This document shows positions 1-12,958 of a stretch of 40,998 bases of DNA, piece by piece. Location of the stretch: contig JBHIAV010000027.1 of NCBI GenBank assembly GCA_046758745.1, forward strand, positions 1 to 40,998, given 5' to 3'. Both the position numbers and the translations under genes were made by a program. The first letter of the stretch is position 1, and every line of letters starts with the position of its first letter. Under the pieces are notes generated by a model that searched no databases, was not told the origin of the DNA, and saw only the letters and a program-made list of their open reading frames with translations. This stretch comes from Gemmatimonadota bacterium. GTDB taxonomy: Bacteria; Gemmatimonadota; Gemmatimonadetes; Palauibacterales; Palauibacteraceae.

Positions 1-53
1 GCGGCGGCAGCGCCGAGGGCCCGATCGTCAAGGTGCTCCGCTTGATCGAATAG
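1..53 (+). CDS. possible 3' end of a gene truncated by the window edge (…GGSAEGPIVKVLRLIE*)
   Basis: Frame from position 3 is open to TAG at 51-53 with GC3-rich codons; too short to identify. Confidence 0.3.
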   Translation, partial: GGSAEGPIVKVLRLIE

Positions 54-576
54 CAGATCGAACCATGGCGGCGGCGGGCTTTCGGGCGCCTTTCGACCCA
101 CCGCGAGAGAAGAGGCATTCCAGAGGCTCTCCTCTTCCCCGATCTTGCCATCGAAGATGCGGCCTTGTGCCATGCCCATCGTCGTGACCCGTCTGCCGGC
201 GGGAGATGCGCGGGAGGGGCTCCGGTCCAACCCACCCGTTCGGGCGCGCCCTTGTCCGCAGGACCGGGGCAGGCGCCGATCCGCTACCCGCAGCTTTCCC
301 CGTGGCCGATGAAGGCGAGATGCTCCCCGGCCTCGAACCGCAGGAGGGGACGCTCGCACGCACACCGCTGGCTGCGGGGGCCCTGCCGGAAAGACCGCGC
401 GGCGCTGGCGTGATGCGCGCCGGTGGCCCGAGCGGCTCCGAGGCGCGGAAACTTGCCTACCGGCAGCCGGACGACGAGACTACGTTGAGGGCTGTCGAGC
501 AGTAGGCCGCACGCCGCTCGCCGGCACCGACCTGCCCCGCTCGCGGAATCCTGGGATACGGCAGGTTGGACCTCAC

Positions 577-660
577 GCGAAAGTGGCGGAATCGGCAGAC
601 GCGCCAGCCTTAGGAGCTGGTGGCCCTACGGCCGTGGGGGTTCGAGTCCCCCCTTTCGCA
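577..660 (+). tRNA. tRNA-Leu(TAG)
   Basis: Acceptor stem GCGAAAG/CTTTCGC plus discriminator A; D arm TGGCGGAATCGGCAGACGCG; anticodon stem CCAGC/GCTGG with loop CT-TAG-GA; long variable arm; T loop GGTTCGAGTCC; CCA not encoded; typical position upstream of tig. Confidence 0.97.
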
Positions 661-780
661 TCCCGGCAGGCACTCCCGAGCGAAGCGGTGGCGGGCTCCT
701 CGCCGGTCCGGGAGGGATGATTCGCCGGCGGGGCCCGGCTTGCTTCGTCGTTGATCCAGAATTGAGAGACGCTGGGGAAG

Positions 781-2058
781 ATGTCCGCGAAGTCCGGCTC
801 CGGGAGCGATAGCCCCTACGAGGTAGCGATCGAAGAGAGGGAGGGCTGGTCGCGACGCCTGACCATCACGGTGGCGCCGGAGCGAGTGGCCCGGACCCGC
901 GTGGCGGAAAGAGCGAAGCTGGCCCGCTCGCTCAACCTCAAGGGCTTTCGACGGGGGAAGGTTCCGCCTCAGATCGTCGAGCAGCGCTTCGGTGATCTGC
1001 TAAACGATCGCGCCATGCGCGCCCTCGTCGACGAGGCGTACCGGGACGTCGTTCGCGAGCAGGGTCTGCGGCCGGTTGGCGACCCGAGCGTCGGGAACGT
1101 GCAATACACGCCGGGCGAGAGCCTCACCTTTCAGGTCGAGCTCGAGGTAATGCCGACGCTCGACCTCGAGCGAATCGGCGGATTCCGGCTGAAGCGGCCG
1201 ACCGTGGAGGTGAAAGAGGAGGAGGTCGACCGGATCGTGGAAGGGCTGCGCGAGGAGCACGCCACGTGGGAGCCGACGGATGTAGCCCCGCAGCTCGGGG
1301 ACATGGTATCCGTGCGAATCGCCCCCGCCGGTCAGGACGGCGGGGCGCCTGCTGAAGAGCCGAAGCCGTACCGCTTCCGTCTCGGCGAGGGACAGGCGAT
1401 CCCCGATGTGGAATCGGCCATTCGATCGCTTCGGCCAGGGGAGGCGGGGACCTTCGACGTGGCCTTTCCGCAGAACTTCGCCGACGCGGAGCGGGCGGGC
1501 TCGCGCAAGCCCCTGCACATCGAGCTGATCAGCGTCGCGGTGCACCGCCGCCCCGAGGTGAATGACGCGTTCGCGTCCGCGACAGGGGGCTTCGAGAGCG
1601 TGGAGGCGATGCGGGCGGCAATCCGGCAGGACCTCGCACGTCACCACGAGCAGGAGGCGGACGCCTTCGTGCGCAACCAGATCCTGGACTCCATCATCGA
1701 GGCGAACCCGTTCGTCGTGCCCCGCGCCATGGTCGACGACCTGGTGGGGCGCATGCTGGAGGTTCCCGAGGGGGCCGACCCGCAGGAGGTCGAGAAGGTG
1801 AGGGAGTCTCTTCGATCTCACGCCGAACGGGAGATTCGCCGCAACCTCGTGGTAGATCACCTGATCGAACGAGAGGGGCTGGCCGCCACTGCCGAGGAAG
1901 TCGAAGCTCGCATCGCCGAGCTGGCGGAGCGGGAGGGAAAGGATGCGGCGGAAGTGCGGCGACGTTTAAGAAAGGAGCGGCGCCTCCCGACCCTGGAGCG
2001 GCAGGTTGCGGTCGAGAAGCTGTTCGATTACCTGAAATCTCAGTCGACTGTGGGCTGA
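781..2058 (+). CDS. tig: trigger factor
   Basis: Ribosome-binding signature GFRRGKVP, central FKBP-like domain, 425 aa, upstream of clpP-clpX. Confidence 0.96.
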   Translation: MSAKSGSGSDSPYEVAIEEREGWSRRLTITVAPERVARTRVAERAKLARSLNLKGFRRGKVPPQIVEQRFGDLLNDRAMRALVDEAYRDVVREQGLRPVGDPSVGNVQYTPGESLTFQVELEVMPTLDLERIGGFRLKRPTVEVKEEEVDRIVEGLREEHATWEPTDVAPQLGDMVSVRIAPAGQDGGAPAEEPKPYRFRLGEGQAIPDVESAIRSLRPGEAGTFDVAFPQNFADAERAGSRKPLHIELISVAVHRRPEVNDAFASATGGFESVEAMRAAIRQDLARHHEQEADAFVRNQILDSIIEANPFVVPRAMVDDLVGRMLEVPEGADPQEVEKVRESLRSHAEREIRRNLVVDHLIEREGLAATAEEVEARIAELAEREGKDAAEVRRRLRKERRLPTLERQVAVEKLFDYLKSQSTVG

Positions 2059-2198
2059 TCCGGCAGGAACCATCGGCAGGGACCGGGTAGGATCGGGGGT
2101 GGTCGCCCGGGCCCTCGAACGGGCTGCGGCCACCCGGATGGGAGAGGGGTCCCGGGGAACGGGAATTGCGCGCAGGTCGCTGCATCACGGATTGAACG

Positions 2199-2822
2199 AT
2201 GCCTATCTATGCCCCGTACGTGATCGAGCGTTCGAGCCGCGGCGAGAGGAGCTACGACATCTTCTCGCGGCTGCTGATGGACCGCATCGTCTTCCTCGGC
2301 TCGCCGATCAACGACGACGTGTCCAACGTCATCATCGCCCAGCTGCTCTTCCTGCAGGCGGACAATCCCGAGCGGGACATCAACATCTACATCAACTGTC
2401 CGGGTGGCAGCGTCTATTCGGGGCTGGCCATCTACGACACCATGCAGTACGTGAGCGCGCCCATCAACACGATTTGCATGGGGATGGCCGCGTCGATGGG
2501 GGCCTTCCTGCTGGCCGCGGGATCGCCGGGGAAGCGTTCGGCCCTTCCCAACTCGCGTATCATGATCCACCAGCCCTCGGGCGGGTCCCAGGGGAGCGCC
2601 GCAGACATCGAGATTCAGGCGAAGGAGGTGCTGTTCGCCCGCGAGCGGCTGAACGAGCTGCTCGCCCATCACACGGGGCAGTCCGTGGAGAAGATCGCCG
2701 ACGACGTAGATCGGGACCGCTATATGTCGCCCCGGGAGGCCGTCGAGTACGGATTGATCGACCGGATCATCGAACCGAGCCTGGTCGCCAAGAGCAGCGC
2801 GGCGGAGGCGGCGGTCGGTTGA
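2199..2822 (+). CDS. clpP: ATP-dependent Clp protease proteolytic subunit
   Basis: [12 protein letters not shown], catalytic GMAASMG (Ser), RIMIHQP (His), DRDRYMS (Asp region). Confidence 0.98.
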   Translation: MPIYAPYVIERSSRGERSYDIFSRLLMDRIVFLGSPINDDVSNVIIAQLLFLQADNPERDINIYINCPGGSVYSGLAIYDTMQYVSAPINTICMGMAASMGAFLLAAGSPGKRSALPNSRIMIHQPSGGSQGSAADIEIQAKEVLFARERLNELLAHHTGQSVEKIADDVDRDRYMSPREAVEYGLIDRIIEPSLVAKSSAAEAAVG

Positions 2823-2870
2823 GCCGCCACGACGGGCGGGATCACCCCGCGGGACCGAAGGAGATCGAGC

Positions 2871-4112
2871 ATGCCTAGCGACAAGCACCTGCGGTGCTCG
2901 TTCTGCGGCAAGTCGAAGGACAGCGTCAAGAAGTTCATCTCGGGGCCCAACGTCTACATCTGCAACGAGTGCATTGCGCTCTGTAACGAGATCCTCGCCG
3001 AGGAGGAGGAGCGTGAGTCGGCAGGCCGCATCGCGGACATCCTGAACCCGGCGGAGATCAAGGCCGTTCTGGACGAGTACGTGATCGGGCAGGAGGAGGC
3101 GAAGAAGTCCCTCGCCGTGGCGGTGTACAACCACTACAAGCGGATCAACCACCAGAGCCTGATCGATGAGGTCGAGATAGAGAAGTCCAACATTCTGCTC
3201 CTCGGCCCCACCGGCGTGGGGAAGACGCTTCTCGCCCAGACGCTCGCCCGCATGCTCCAGGTCCCCTTCACGATCGCGGACGCCACCACCCTCACCGAGG
3301 CAGGTTATGTCGGCGAGGATGTGGAGAACATCCTGGTTCGCCTGCTGCAGGCAGGAGACTACAACGTCGCGGAGTGCGAGCGGGGGATCGTCTACATCGA
3401 CGAGCTCGACAAGATCGCCCGCAAGAGCGAGAACCCGTCGATCACGCGGGACGTGTCGGGGGAGGGCGTGCAGCAGGCGCTCCTCAAGATACTCGAGGGG
3501 ACCGTCGCCTCCGTTCCGCCGCAGGGAGGGCGCAAGCACCCGCAGCAGGAATACATTCAGATCGACACGCGCAACATCCTCTTCGTGTGCGGGGGCGCGT
3601 TCGACGGCCTTGAGAGCATCATCGAGAGCCGGCTCGGCAAGGGGCAGATCGGTTTCGGCGACGACCAGCAGGGGCCGGGAATGTCGGGCACGGACGACCC
3701 GCTGGCGGATGTCGAGCCGGAGGATCTGCTCCGCTACGGGCTGATCCCCGAGCTGGTGGGTCGCCTGCCGGTCGTGGTCACGCTGCACGACCTGGACGAG
3801 CAGGCACTGATCGAGATCCTCACACGGCCCAAGAACGCGCTGGTCAAACAGTACCAGAAGATGTTCGAGCTCGAGGGCGTCGGGCTCACGTTCGATCCCG
3901 AGGCCCTCAAGGCGATCGCCTGCATGACAATCGAGCGCGGAACGGGGGCGCGGGGTCTGAGGGCCGTGCTCGAGCGGATCATGCTGGACATGATGTTCGA
4001 GCTGCCATCGCGCGAGGACGTGCGGGAGGTCGTGGTCACCCGGGAGACCATCGAGGACGGCACTCCGCCGCTGCTGATCCTCGAGCCCGAGGTCAAGCGG
4101 AAGGAGGCCTGA
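2871..4112 (+). CDS. clpX: Clp protease ATP-binding subunit ClpX
   Basis: Zn finger CSFC…CNEC, Walker A GPTGVGKT, pore loop GYVG, Walker B YIDE, RKH loop, IGF loop, GARGLR. Confidence 0.98.
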   Translation: MPSDKHLRCSFCGKSKDSVKKFISGPNVYICNECIALCNEILAEEEERESAGRIADILNPAEIKAVLDEYVIGQEEAKKSLAVAVYNHYKRINHQSLIDEVEIEKSNILLLGPTGVGKTLLAQTLARMLQVPFTIADATTLTEAGYVGEDVENILVRLLQAGDYNVAECERGIVYIDELDKIARKSENPSITRDVSGEGVQQALLKILEGTVASVPPQGGRKHPQQEYIQIDTRNILFVCGGAFDGLESIIESRLGKGQIGFGDDQQGPGMSGTDDPLADVEPEDLLRYGLIPELVGRLPVVVTLHDLDEQALIEILTRPKNALVKQYQKMFELEGVGLTFDPEALKAIACMTIERGTGARGLRAVLERIMLDMMFELPSREDVREVVVTRETIEDGTPPLLILEPEVKRKEA

Positions 4113-4131
4113 CCGGCGGGCGCCGAGCGCC

Positions 4132-4749
4132 ATGCCAGCCGCCCCCAAACGCATCGGGCGCGCGGGATTCGTCGGCGCCATCGGTCGGCCGGGCCAGCCG
4201 GTTCCGATGCGCCTGCCGCAGATCGCCTTCGCCGGCCGTTCCAACGTCGGCAAATCCAGCCTCATCAACGCGCTCGTCGGCCGGAGGAACCTCGCCCGGG
4301 TAGCCAAGGCGCCGGGGCGTACGCAGGAGATCAACTTCTACGCGATAGACGGGCGATTCCTGATCGCCGACCTGCCCGGCTACGGGTTCGCGCGGGCACC
4401 CGAGGAGGTACGAAGGTCTTGGGGACTGCTCATCGAGTCCTACCTGGCGACGAGCGCCGACCTCCTGGGCCTGATCCTGCTGGTCGATGCGAGGCGCGGA
4501 GCCTCGCCGGAAGATCGACGCATGCTCGAGTACCTGTCCCGGATGGAGTTGCCGACCTTGTTCGTGCTCACGAAGGTGGACAAGCTGAGTCGGGAGCGTC
4601 AGCGAGCCGCGCTCGCGGCCGCCGGGAAAGATCTAGGAGCGGCTGCCGACCAGATCCTGGCCACGTCGGCCCGTACGGGCGCAGGGATCGAGTCCCTGAG
4701 AGAGAGCGTGCGCGCCCTGGTGAGCGCACGCGGGGGGAGGGGGCGATGA
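4132..4749 (+). CDS. engB: ribosome biogenesis GTPase YihA/YsxC
   Basis: G1 GRSNVGKSS, G2 PGRTQ, G3 DLPGYG, G4 TKVD; follows clpX. Confidence 0.95.
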   Translation: MPAAPKRIGRAGFVGAIGRPGQPVPMRLPQIAFAGRSNVGKSSLINALVGRRNLARVAKAPGRTQEINFYAIDGRFLIADLPGYGFARAPEEVRRSWGLLIESYLATSADLLGLILLVDARRGASPEDRRMLEYLSRMELPTLFVLTKVDKLSRERQRAALAAAGKDLGAAADQILATSARTGAGIESLRESVRALVSARGGRGR

Positions 4750-5453
4750 GCCTCGAGAGCCGGCCCGCAGCGCGGCGGGTGGCCCTCTTCTCCGCTTTCC
4801 TGGGCCTCGTGGGATGCGGCGGCCAGCCGTCCCCGGGCTTGCCGCTCGGCGCCCGCACCGCCGCGGCTCAGGATCGACCGACCTGGGCGGACTCGATCGA
4901 GACGACACGCGGCGAGGCCCTGCCGCCTGCCGGGTACGGGACCCTCGAGCAGGACGACGTCACCGTGCCGCTCGAGGCAGGCGACCTCCTGATCAAGGTC
5001 GTGCCGCTCGCGGAGTCGGTGATCCGCATGACGGCGCCGGACACGTACCGGAGGCTCAACGGCTACAAGGCAGCCCTGACCGAGACGATCCAGGAGCTCG
5101 CACGCGGGGCCGGGGAGAGTGGCTGGCCTCAGGTGCTGTTCGTGACCCTGTTCACGCGTTCCGTGGAGGCGAGCTTCCAGCCTCACGACCTGCAGATCCG
5201 GACCCAGAACACCACCTACCGCCCGCTCGACATCATCCCCGTCACCGCCGACTTCGGGAGGGGAAGACTGGACCAGCAGGAGACGCAGATCGCGCTGTAC
5301 CTCTTCTCGGCCGACATCGACCTGGAGCTTCCGCTGACCGTGGTCTACCAAGGCACGGAGAGCTCGCGGTGGAACGCGATCCGCAACCGTTTGGACGCCG
5401 AGCTCTCCCGCGTCCTGTCGCGGGCCGGCGCGGGTGATTCGGAGGGCGGCTGA
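4746..5453 (+). CDS. hypothetical lipoprotein (~235 aa)
   Basis: ATG at 4746 overlaps the engB stop (ATGA); positively charged N-terminus, hydrophobic stretch and lipobox LVG-C; host-like codon usage. Confidence 0.7.
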   Translation: MSLESRPAARRVALFSAFLGLVGCGGQPSPGLPLGARTAAAQDRPTWADSIETTRGEALPPAGYGTLEQDDVTVPLEAGDLLIKVVPLAESVIRMTAPDTYRRLNGYKAALTETIQELARGAGESGWPQVLFVTLFTRSVEASFQPHDLQIRTQNTTYRPLDIIPVTADFGRGRLDQQETQIALYLFSADIDLELPLTVVYQGTESSRWNAIRNRLDAELSRVLSRAGAGDSEGG

Positions 5454-5524
5454 GCGCCGGCCCTCGGGAGTCTGCCGAACGCCCCGCCGCGCGCCTTGGC
5501 GTGGTGCCGCTCGGCGGCCGGCGG

Positions 5525-7111
<1,587 letters not shown>

Positions 7112-7118
7112 CTCGACC

Positions 7119-7619
7119 TCAGCCGTGATCCGTCTCCGCGCCTCGCAGGAGGGCGACGGCGTGGCTCACCACCTCCCCGAGGACGGTCAGCCCGTCCTCC
7201 ACGCCGCGAGGGCTGCCCGGGAGGTTGACGATCAGGGTCCTGCGGCGCAGCCCCGCCACTCCACGGCTCAACATCGAGTGGACGGTCGTCTTGAGACCGG
7301 CCGCCCGGATCGCCTCGGCGAGACCGGGAGCCTCCCGCTGGATGACGGCGCGGGTAGCCTCCGGCGTGACGTCGCGCTCCGTGAAGCCCGTCCCGCCGGT
7401 CGTCAGCACGACATCGCACCCCCTCTCATCGACCCACTCGGCGAGCAGGGCGGCGATGCGAGCCCGCTCGTCGGGGCTCACCGCCCGGACGGCGAGCTCG
7501 TACCCCCGGTCCATCGCCCAGGAGGCGATGAGATCGCCCGACCGGTCCGCCCGAGCCCCCGCGTGCACCCCATCGGAGACGGTGAGCACGCCTACGCGGA
7601 TCGGATCCACCTCGCTCAC
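7119..7619 (-). CDS. MogA/MoaB family molybdenum cofactor biosynthesis protein
   Basis: LTVSD, DRSG, TTGGTG…RDVTPEA, SRGVAG, NLPGSP; GTGA overlap with the gcvT stop. Confidence 0.92.
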   Translation of the reverse strand: MSEVDPIRVGVLTVSDGVHAGARADRSGDLIASWAMDRGYELAVRAVSPDERARIAALLAEWVDERGCDVVLTTGGTGFTERDVTPEATRAVIQREAPGLAEAIRAAGLKTTVHSMLSRGVAGLRRRTLIVNLPGSPRGVEDGLTVLGEVVSHAVALLRGAETDHG

Positions 7620-8722
7620 CGGCGCAACGACCCGTTCGTGTAGAAGGGGAGCCGATGCACCTCGCCGGGCACGTCGCGGCTCCGGATTCGCACCGCCAAC
7701 GCCTCCCCGATCTGTGCGTCGGCGGGGAGGTAGGCCATTCCGATCCCGCAGTCGAGGGAGGGGCTCAGCGTGCCGCTCCGTACGAGTCCGGCGTCCTCGT
7801 CGCGGAAGCGTACTTCGTAGCCCGCCCGGGGGAAGCCCCGCTCGACGAGCCGGAAGCCGCGCAGTCGACGCTCCAGGCCATGTTCTTTCTGACGCGCCAG
7901 CGCCTCCCGACCCACGAAGTCGCCCTTGTCAAGCTTTACGAGCCAGCCGAGGCCCGCCTCGAGCGGCGTCGTCTGCTCATCGATGTCGCTGCCGTACAGG
8001 GCGTATCCCATCTCGAGGCGGAGCGTGTCGCGGGCCCCGAGCCCGGCTGGTATCAGGCCGTCCTTTTCTCCCTCGCCGAGGAGGAGGCGCCACACGGCCG
8101 CGGCCCGGTCCGCGGGAAGGTAGAGCTCGAAACCATCCTCGCCCGAGTACCCGGTGCGGCTGATGACTCCGGGCACGCCGCCGACTTCCCCCTCGGCGAA
8201 CTCGTAGTAGCCGATGGACTCCAGCTCCAGCGAGGCGAGGGGCTGCAGGATACTGCCGGCGGCCGGGCCCTGCAGGGCCAGGAGAGCGATCCGGTCGCTC
8301 TCATCCTCGAGCCGCACGTCGAAGCCGGAGGTCGCGCCATTCAAGTGCTCCCAGTCCTTCTCGAGGTTCGCGGCGTTGACGACGAGGCGAAAGCCTTCAC
8401 CACCCATCCGGTACACCAGCAGGTCATCCACGATGCCGCCGCTGTCGAGGCACATCACGCTGTACTGCGCCTGACCGATCGCGAGCCGCGTCGGATCGTT
8501 CGTCGTCATCCGGGAGACGAACGCGAGAGCACCCGGTCCGCTCACGAAAAACTCGCCCATGTGCGACACGTCGAACAGCCCGGCCGTCTCCCGCACGGCC
8601 TTGTGCTCGGCTCGAATTCCGGATGGATACTGAACCGGCATGGCGAAACCGGCGAACGGGACCAGCTTCGCGTTGAGCTTCACGTGCTCCTCGAAGAGGG
8701 GCGTCTTCTTGAGTTCGCTCAT
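7616..8722 (-). CDS. gcvT: glycine cleavage system aminomethyltransferase T
   Basis: KTPL, MPVQY, FDVSHMG, ALQGP, SRTGYSGEDGFE, GLGARDTLRLEMG. Confidence 0.97.
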   Translation of the reverse strand: MSELKKTPLFEEHVKLNAKLVPFAGFAMPVQYPSGIRAEHKAVRETAGLFDVSHMGEFFVSGPGALAFVSRMTTNDPTRLAIGQAQYSVMCLDSGGIVDDLLVYRMGGEGFRLVVNAANLEKDWEHLNGATSGFDVRLEDESDRIALLALQGPAAGSILQPLASLELESIGYYEFAEGEVGGVPGVISRTGYSGEDGFELYLPADRAAAVWRLLLGEGEKDGLIPAGLGARDTLRLEMGYALYGSDIDEQTTPLEAGLGWLVKLDKGDFVGREALARQKEHGLERRLRGFRLVERGFPRAGYEVRFRDEDAGLVRSGTLSPSLDCGIGMAYLPADAQIGEALAVRIRSRDVPGEVHRLPFYTNGSLRR

Positions 8723-8773
8723 GTGCGTCTCGCCGGCTTGCCCGGGAGGGGGGCGCGGCGGCGCCCGGCCGGC

Positions 8774-9787
8774 TCAGCGTTCCTCGGCCAACAGGAGGGC
8801 CAGGATCGCCTTCTGTACGTGTAGGCGATTCTCGGCTTCCTCCCACACCCGGGACGCCGGGCCGTCGATGACCGAGGCCGCCACCTCCTCGCCCCGATGG
8901 GCCGGCAGGCAGTGCATGAAGATCGCGTTCGCGGCCGCGCCTCGCATCAGGGCATCGTCCACGAGGAACCCGCGGAACGCGGCCCTGCGTCGCTCCACCT
9001 CCTCCTCGTGTCCCATCGAGGCCCACACATCGGTCGTCACCACATGCGCGCCGGCCGCCGCCTCACGGGGGTCCCGGACCAGGGAGACGGAGGTCTCGTC
9101 GGACGCCGCCGCCAGGATCGCCGGGTGGGGCTCGTAACCCTCCGGGCATGCGAGGCGCACGCGGAAGCCGAAGCGGCGGGCGGCGTTGAGCCACGAGTTG
9201 GCCATGTTGTTGCCGTCTCCGATCCAGGCCACGGTGAGCGCGCCGAGGTCTGAGCCGAACTCTTCCCGGGCCGTCATGAGATCCGCCATCACCTGGCACG
9301 GGTGGAACAGGTCCGTAAGGCCGTTGATCACGGGAACCGTGCCGTGCGCTGCGAGCGCTTCGGCGTCCGCCTGCGCGAAGGTGCGAATCATGATCCCGTC
9401 GACGTAGCGAGACAGGACGCGGGCCGTGTCGGCGATCGGCTCGCCACGCCCCAGCTGGATGTCCCGCGAGGACAGGAAGAGAGCGTGTCCGCCAAGCTGG
9501 TACATTCCCACTTCGAAGGAGACTCGCGTGCGGGTGGAGCTCTTGGCGAAGAGCATCGCCAGGGTCTTGCCGGCGAGCGGTCGGTACCCTTCCGGGGGCT
9601 CTGCCGCCTTCAGCCGCATCGCGAGATCGAGAGTCTCCTCGAGTTCCGCGACGGTCCAGTCCGCAATGGACAGGAAGTGCGCGCGCGGCTCGTAGACGGA
9701 CCGTCCCGCCTCGCGGAGGGTGGATTTCCGCCCGACCGCGCAGGGGTCGAGCCGCGCTGTCGCGCGCCTCGGCACCCCGCGGCTCAC
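8774..9787 (-). CDS. argF: ornithine carbamoyltransferase (start uncertain)
   Basis: STRTRVSF carbamoyl-phosphate motif, HPCQ, DVWASMG, FMHCLP; GTG start overlaps the hslU stop. Confidence 0.95.
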   Translation of the reverse strand: MSRGVPRRATARLDPCAVGRKSTLREAGRSVYEPRAHFLSIADWTVAELEETLDLAMRLKAAEPPEGYRPLAGKTLAMLFAKSSTRTRVSFEVGMYQLGGHALFLSSRDIQLGRGEPIADTARVLSRYVDGIMIRTFAQADAEALAAHGTVPVINGLTDLFHPCQVMADLMTAREEFGSDLGALTVAWIGDGNNMANSWLNAARRFGFRVRLACPEGYEPHPAILAAASDETSVSLVRDPREAAAGAHVVTTDVWASMGHEEEVERRRAAFRGFLVDDALMRGAAANAIFMHCLPAHRGEEVAASVIDGPASRVWEEAENRLHVQKAILALLLAEER

Positions 9788-11469
9788 AGGATGTACCGCC
9801 GCAGGTCTTCGTCCTCCACCACGTTCATCAGGCGTGCACGCACCACGTCCCGGTCGATGGTGATGGGCTCTCCGCCCCCCGTCTCCGGGAGATCGAACAT
9901 CACCTCCTCGAGCAGAGTCGTGAGAACGGTGTGGAGTCTTCTCGCGCCGATGTTCTCCATTCGGCCGTTCAGCTCGGCCGCGAGGTGGGCGATCTCGCGA
10001 ATCCCGTCTTCGGTGAAGTCGAGCAGGGCGCCTTCGGTCCGCACCAGTGCCTCGTACTGGCTGAGGAGGGCGTTCTTCGGCTCCAGGAGAATGCGTACGA
10101 AATCCTCCTCGTCGAGGTGCTTCAGCTCGACACGTATGGGGAATCGGCCCTGTAGCTCGGGGATGAGATCGGACGGCTTCGACACGTGGAAGGCGCCGGC
10201 CGCGATGAACAGGATGTGGTCGGTGTTGACCATCCCGTATTTGGTCTGGACGGTCGAACCCTCGATGATCGGCAGGAGGTCCCGCTGCACCCCCTCCCGC
10301 GACACATCCGGCCCGACCCCCCCGCGCTCTCCGGCGATCTTGTCGAGCTCGTCGAGAAAGACGATGCCCATGTTCTCGACGCGGTCGAGCGCCTCGTCGA
10401 CCACGGCATCCATGTCGACCATCCTGTCCAGCTCCTCGGAGAGGAAGATCCGGCGGGCCTCGGCGACCGACACCTGCTTGCGCCGGGTGCGCTTGGGCAT
10501 CATCTCCTGCAGCATCTCGCCGACGTTGAAGTCCATCCCTTCCATGCCGAGAGCGCTCACGTCGAAGAGGGGAACAGCGCTCTCCGTGACCTCGACCTCT
10601 ACCGTGCGCTCTTCGAGCTTCTCCGATCGGAGGAGGCCGCGCAGCTTCTCGCGTGTGCGACGACGCCGGGCGGCCGCGGCGTCTTCGACCTCCTCCTGGT
10701 GGGCCTCGCCCAGGCCCGTGACGACGAACGTGCGCCCCTTCTTATCCACAGGGGGCGGGGGCTCCGCGACGGGCGGAAGCAGGAGGTCGAGGAGGCGCTC
10801 CTCGACCCGCCCCTCGGCGAGCTCGCGGCACTCATCCTCCCGCTCGGTGCGTACCATGCTCACCGCGATCTCGACCAGGTCACGCACCATCGACTCCACG
10901 TCGCGCCCGACGTAGCCCACTTCGGTGAACTTCGAGGCTTCCACCTTGACGAACGGTGCGCCTGCGAGTCGAGCCAGCCGACGGGCGATCTCCGTCTTCC
11001 CGACGCCGGTGGGCCCGATCATGATGATGTTGTTCGGGAGGATCTCCTCGCGGAGATCGGCCTCCACGTTCTGCCTGCGCCATCGATTGCGCAGCGCTAT
11101 CGCCACCGCCTTCTTCGCTTCGTTCTGCGCGATGATGTACTGGTCGAGCTCGGCCACGATCTGGCGGGGCGTCAGGGAGGCGAAGTCCGGGATCGTCTCC
11201 GCCACCTCCGCCGGCAAGTGCTCGGGCGGACCCGGGTCTGGGCCGTGCGTCGCCCAGCCCTCCGCCGGCCCCTCTTTCCCAGCCCCTCGCTCAGCTGCGG
11301 GCTGCGCTTCCCCCTTCGGCGGCTCTGTGCCAACCGGTCGCGAAGCCGTCTCGCTCGTCCCCGCGTCGGCAGCCGGTTCCGGCTCGGCGGCCTCGGCGGG
11401 CCCGGAAGCCGCACGCCGCTCGGACGCTTCGGACTCGATCCCGACCTCGATTCGTTCCACGGTCCCCAT
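9784..11469 (-). CDS. hslU: HslUV protease ATPase subunit with long N-terminal extension
   Basis: [28 protein letters not shown]-domain, [21 protein letters not shown]-terminal RYIL. Confidence 0.97.
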   Translation of the reverse strand: MGTVERIEVGIESEASERRAASGPAEAAEPEPAADAGTSETASRPVGTEPPKGEAQPAAERGAGKEGPAEGWATHGPDPGPPEHLPAEVAETIPDFASLTPRQIVAELDQYIIAQNEAKKAVAIALRNRWRRQNVEADLREEILPNNIIMIGPTGVGKTEIARRLARLAGAPFVKVEASKFTEVGYVGRDVESMVRDLVEIAVSMVRTEREDECRELAEGRVEERLLDLLLPPVAEPPPPVDKKGRTFVVTGLGEAHQEEVEDAAAARRRRTREKLRGLLRSEKLEERTVEVEVTESAVPLFDVSALGMEGMDFNVGEMLQEMMPKRTRRKQVSVAEARRIFLSEELDRMVDMDAVVDEALDRVENMGIVFLDELDKIAGERGGVGPDVSREGVQRDLLPIIEGSTVQTKYGMVNTDHILFIAAGAFHVSKPSDLIPELQGRFPIRVELKHLDEEDFVRILLEPKNALLSQYEALVRTEGALLDFTEDGIREIAHLAAELNGRMENIGARRLHTVLTTLLEEVMFDLPETGGGEPITIDRDVVRARLMNVVEDEDLRRYIL

Positions 11470-12009
11470 TCAGTCTTCCAGCTCCAGCACGGTGATGTTC
11501 CAGTTGGTATACACGCAGATCTCGGCTGCGATCTCCAGCGCCGTGCGCACCACGTCCCTCGCCGAGAGGTCCGACTGCGCCACCAGGGCCCTCGCCGCGG
11601 CGAGGGCGTACGTTCCTCCCGAGCCGGCCGCCAGGATCCCGTCATCGGGCTCGATCACCTCGCCGTCACCCGAGATGAGGAAACTCCGCTCCCGATCCGC
11701 CACGGCGAGCAACGCCTCGAGTCTGCGGAGATACCGGTCCGTGCGCCACTCCTTCGCCAGCTCCACGGCGGCACGGGTCATGTTCCCCGGAAAGCGCTCC
11801 AGCTGTGCCTCGAACTTCTCGAACAGGGTGAAGGCGTCCGCCACCCCGCCCGCGAAGCCAGCGAGGATCCGGCCCTCCCTCATCTTGCGAATCTTCTGCG
11901 CCTTGGCCTTGACGACCGTGTCGCCCATCGTGACCTGTCCATCTCCACCGATGGCAACCCGTCCGTCCCGGCGCACACACAGGATCGTCGTTCCGCGAAG
12001 CTCGCTCAC
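11470..12009 (-). CDS. hslV: HslUV protease peptidase subunit
   Basis: Ntn threonine motif G|TTILCV, GDGQVT, GFAG, GSGG, ICVYTN; GTG at 12009 preceded by a GGGGG SD-like sequence (track ORF starts at 12030). Confidence 0.97.
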   Translation of the reverse strand: MSELRGTTILCVRRDGRVAIGGDGQVTMGDTVVKAKAQKIRKMREGRILAGFAGGVADAFTLFEKFEAQLERFPGNMTRAAVELAKEWRTDRYLRRLEALLAVADRERSFLISGDGEVIEPDDGILAAGSGGTYALAAARALVAQSDLSARDVVRTALEIAAEICVYTNWNITVLELED

Positions 12010-12037
12010 CGCTGTTCCCCCCTTGCTCAAGGGTCCT

Positions 12038-12958
12038 CTACTCGGCCCGGGGGTGCGCCCGGCGATACGCCCTGCGGAGCTGCTCGACGGAGGTGTGCGT
12101 GTAAATGCGCGTCGTGGACAGGCTCGCGTGGCCGAGCAGCTCCTTGACCGCCATGAGGTCCGCCCCTCGATCGAGCATGTGGGTGGCGAACGTGTGTCGC
12201 AGGGCGTGCGTCGAAAGCCCCTCCCCCCTCGCCACCAGATCGAGCATCCGGGAGACGGAGCGCTGGATCTGCCGGCGCGACAGCCGCCCGCCGCGACTCG
12301 ACAGGAAGAGCGCGCTCTGCGACGGAGGCCCTCCTGATGTCGAGCGCACGCTCAGGTATAGGCGGAGAGCCGCGATCGCCTTCTCCCCGACGGGCACGAT
12401 GCGCTCCTTCCGTCCCTTGCCCTGCACGCGGACGAGTCGCCCCCGCAGGTCGAGGTCCATGACGTCGAGGCGTTGCGCCTCCGCCAACCGCAGTCCCGAG
12501 GAATAGAGGAGTTCGAGGAGCGCCAGGTCGCGCGCGGCGGTGAATCCCCCATCCGCGTCGGCATGTCGCTCTAGCAGCCCGAACAGCCGATCCGCCTCCG
12601 TCGCCGTCAGGTAGCCCGGCAGCTCTCGGCGACCGCGAGGCGTTCGAACGTTGCCGGCAGGATTCGACGCCACGCGACCCGTCCTGTGTAGGAATCGGTA
12701 GAGCGCTCGCACCGCCGAGAGCTTGCGCGCCACGGTGGCACGCCGGCGGCCGTGGACGGCCAGATCGCCCAGGTACGAGCGGATGGCCAGACGGTCCACA
12801 TCGCCCCAACCCCAGTCCCGAGTGGCCAGATACCGGTCGAGAAAGTCCGCGAAGGAGGCCAGGTCCGTTCGGTACGCGGAGATGGTGTGTGGGGAGAGGC
12901 GGCGCTCCGACTCCGCGTAGCGGAGGAAATCCCCGGCGAGCCGCCGCGACTCACCCAC
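12038..12958 (-). CDS. xerC: tyrosine recombinase XerC
   Basis: [53 protein letters not shown]; probable GTG start at 12958 overlapping the trmFO stop; position between trmFO and hslV. Confidence 0.9.
   Translation of the reverse strand: MGESRRLAGDFLRYAESERRLSPHTISAYRTDLASFADFLDRYLATRDWGWGDVDRLAIRSYLGDLAVHGRRRATVARKLSAVRALYRFLHRTGRVASNPAGNVRTPRGRRELPGYLTATEADRLFGLLERHADADGGFTAARDLALLELLYSSGLRLAEAQRLDVMDLDLRGRLVRVQGKGRKERIVPVGEKAIAALRLYLSVRSTSGGPPSQSALFLSSRGGRLSRRQIQRSVSRMLDLVARGEGLSTHALRHTFATHMLDRGADLMAVKELLGHASLSTTRIYTHTSVEQLRRAYRRAHPRAE

Noticed and set aside
54-780. Short ORFs (28..363, 165..413, 206..505) and GC hairpins flanking the tRNA as genes or ncRNA
   Set aside because: No recognisable motifs or RNA family signatures; hairpins are unremarkable in GC-rich DNA
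2040-4334. Long antisense and off-frame ORFs (e.g. 2040..4334, 10186..12147, 15056..16936, 18724..20787, 34284..36158, 38560..40728)
   Set aside because: They overlap clearly identified genes and have no motifs; stop-poor shadow frames are expected at this GC content
12038-12958. Tyrosine recombinase as a mobile-element integrase or pilin invertase
   Set aside because: Sequence and trmFO-xerC-hslV context indicate housekeeping XerC; no att repeats, tRNA 3' duplication or invertible-segment repeats were seen
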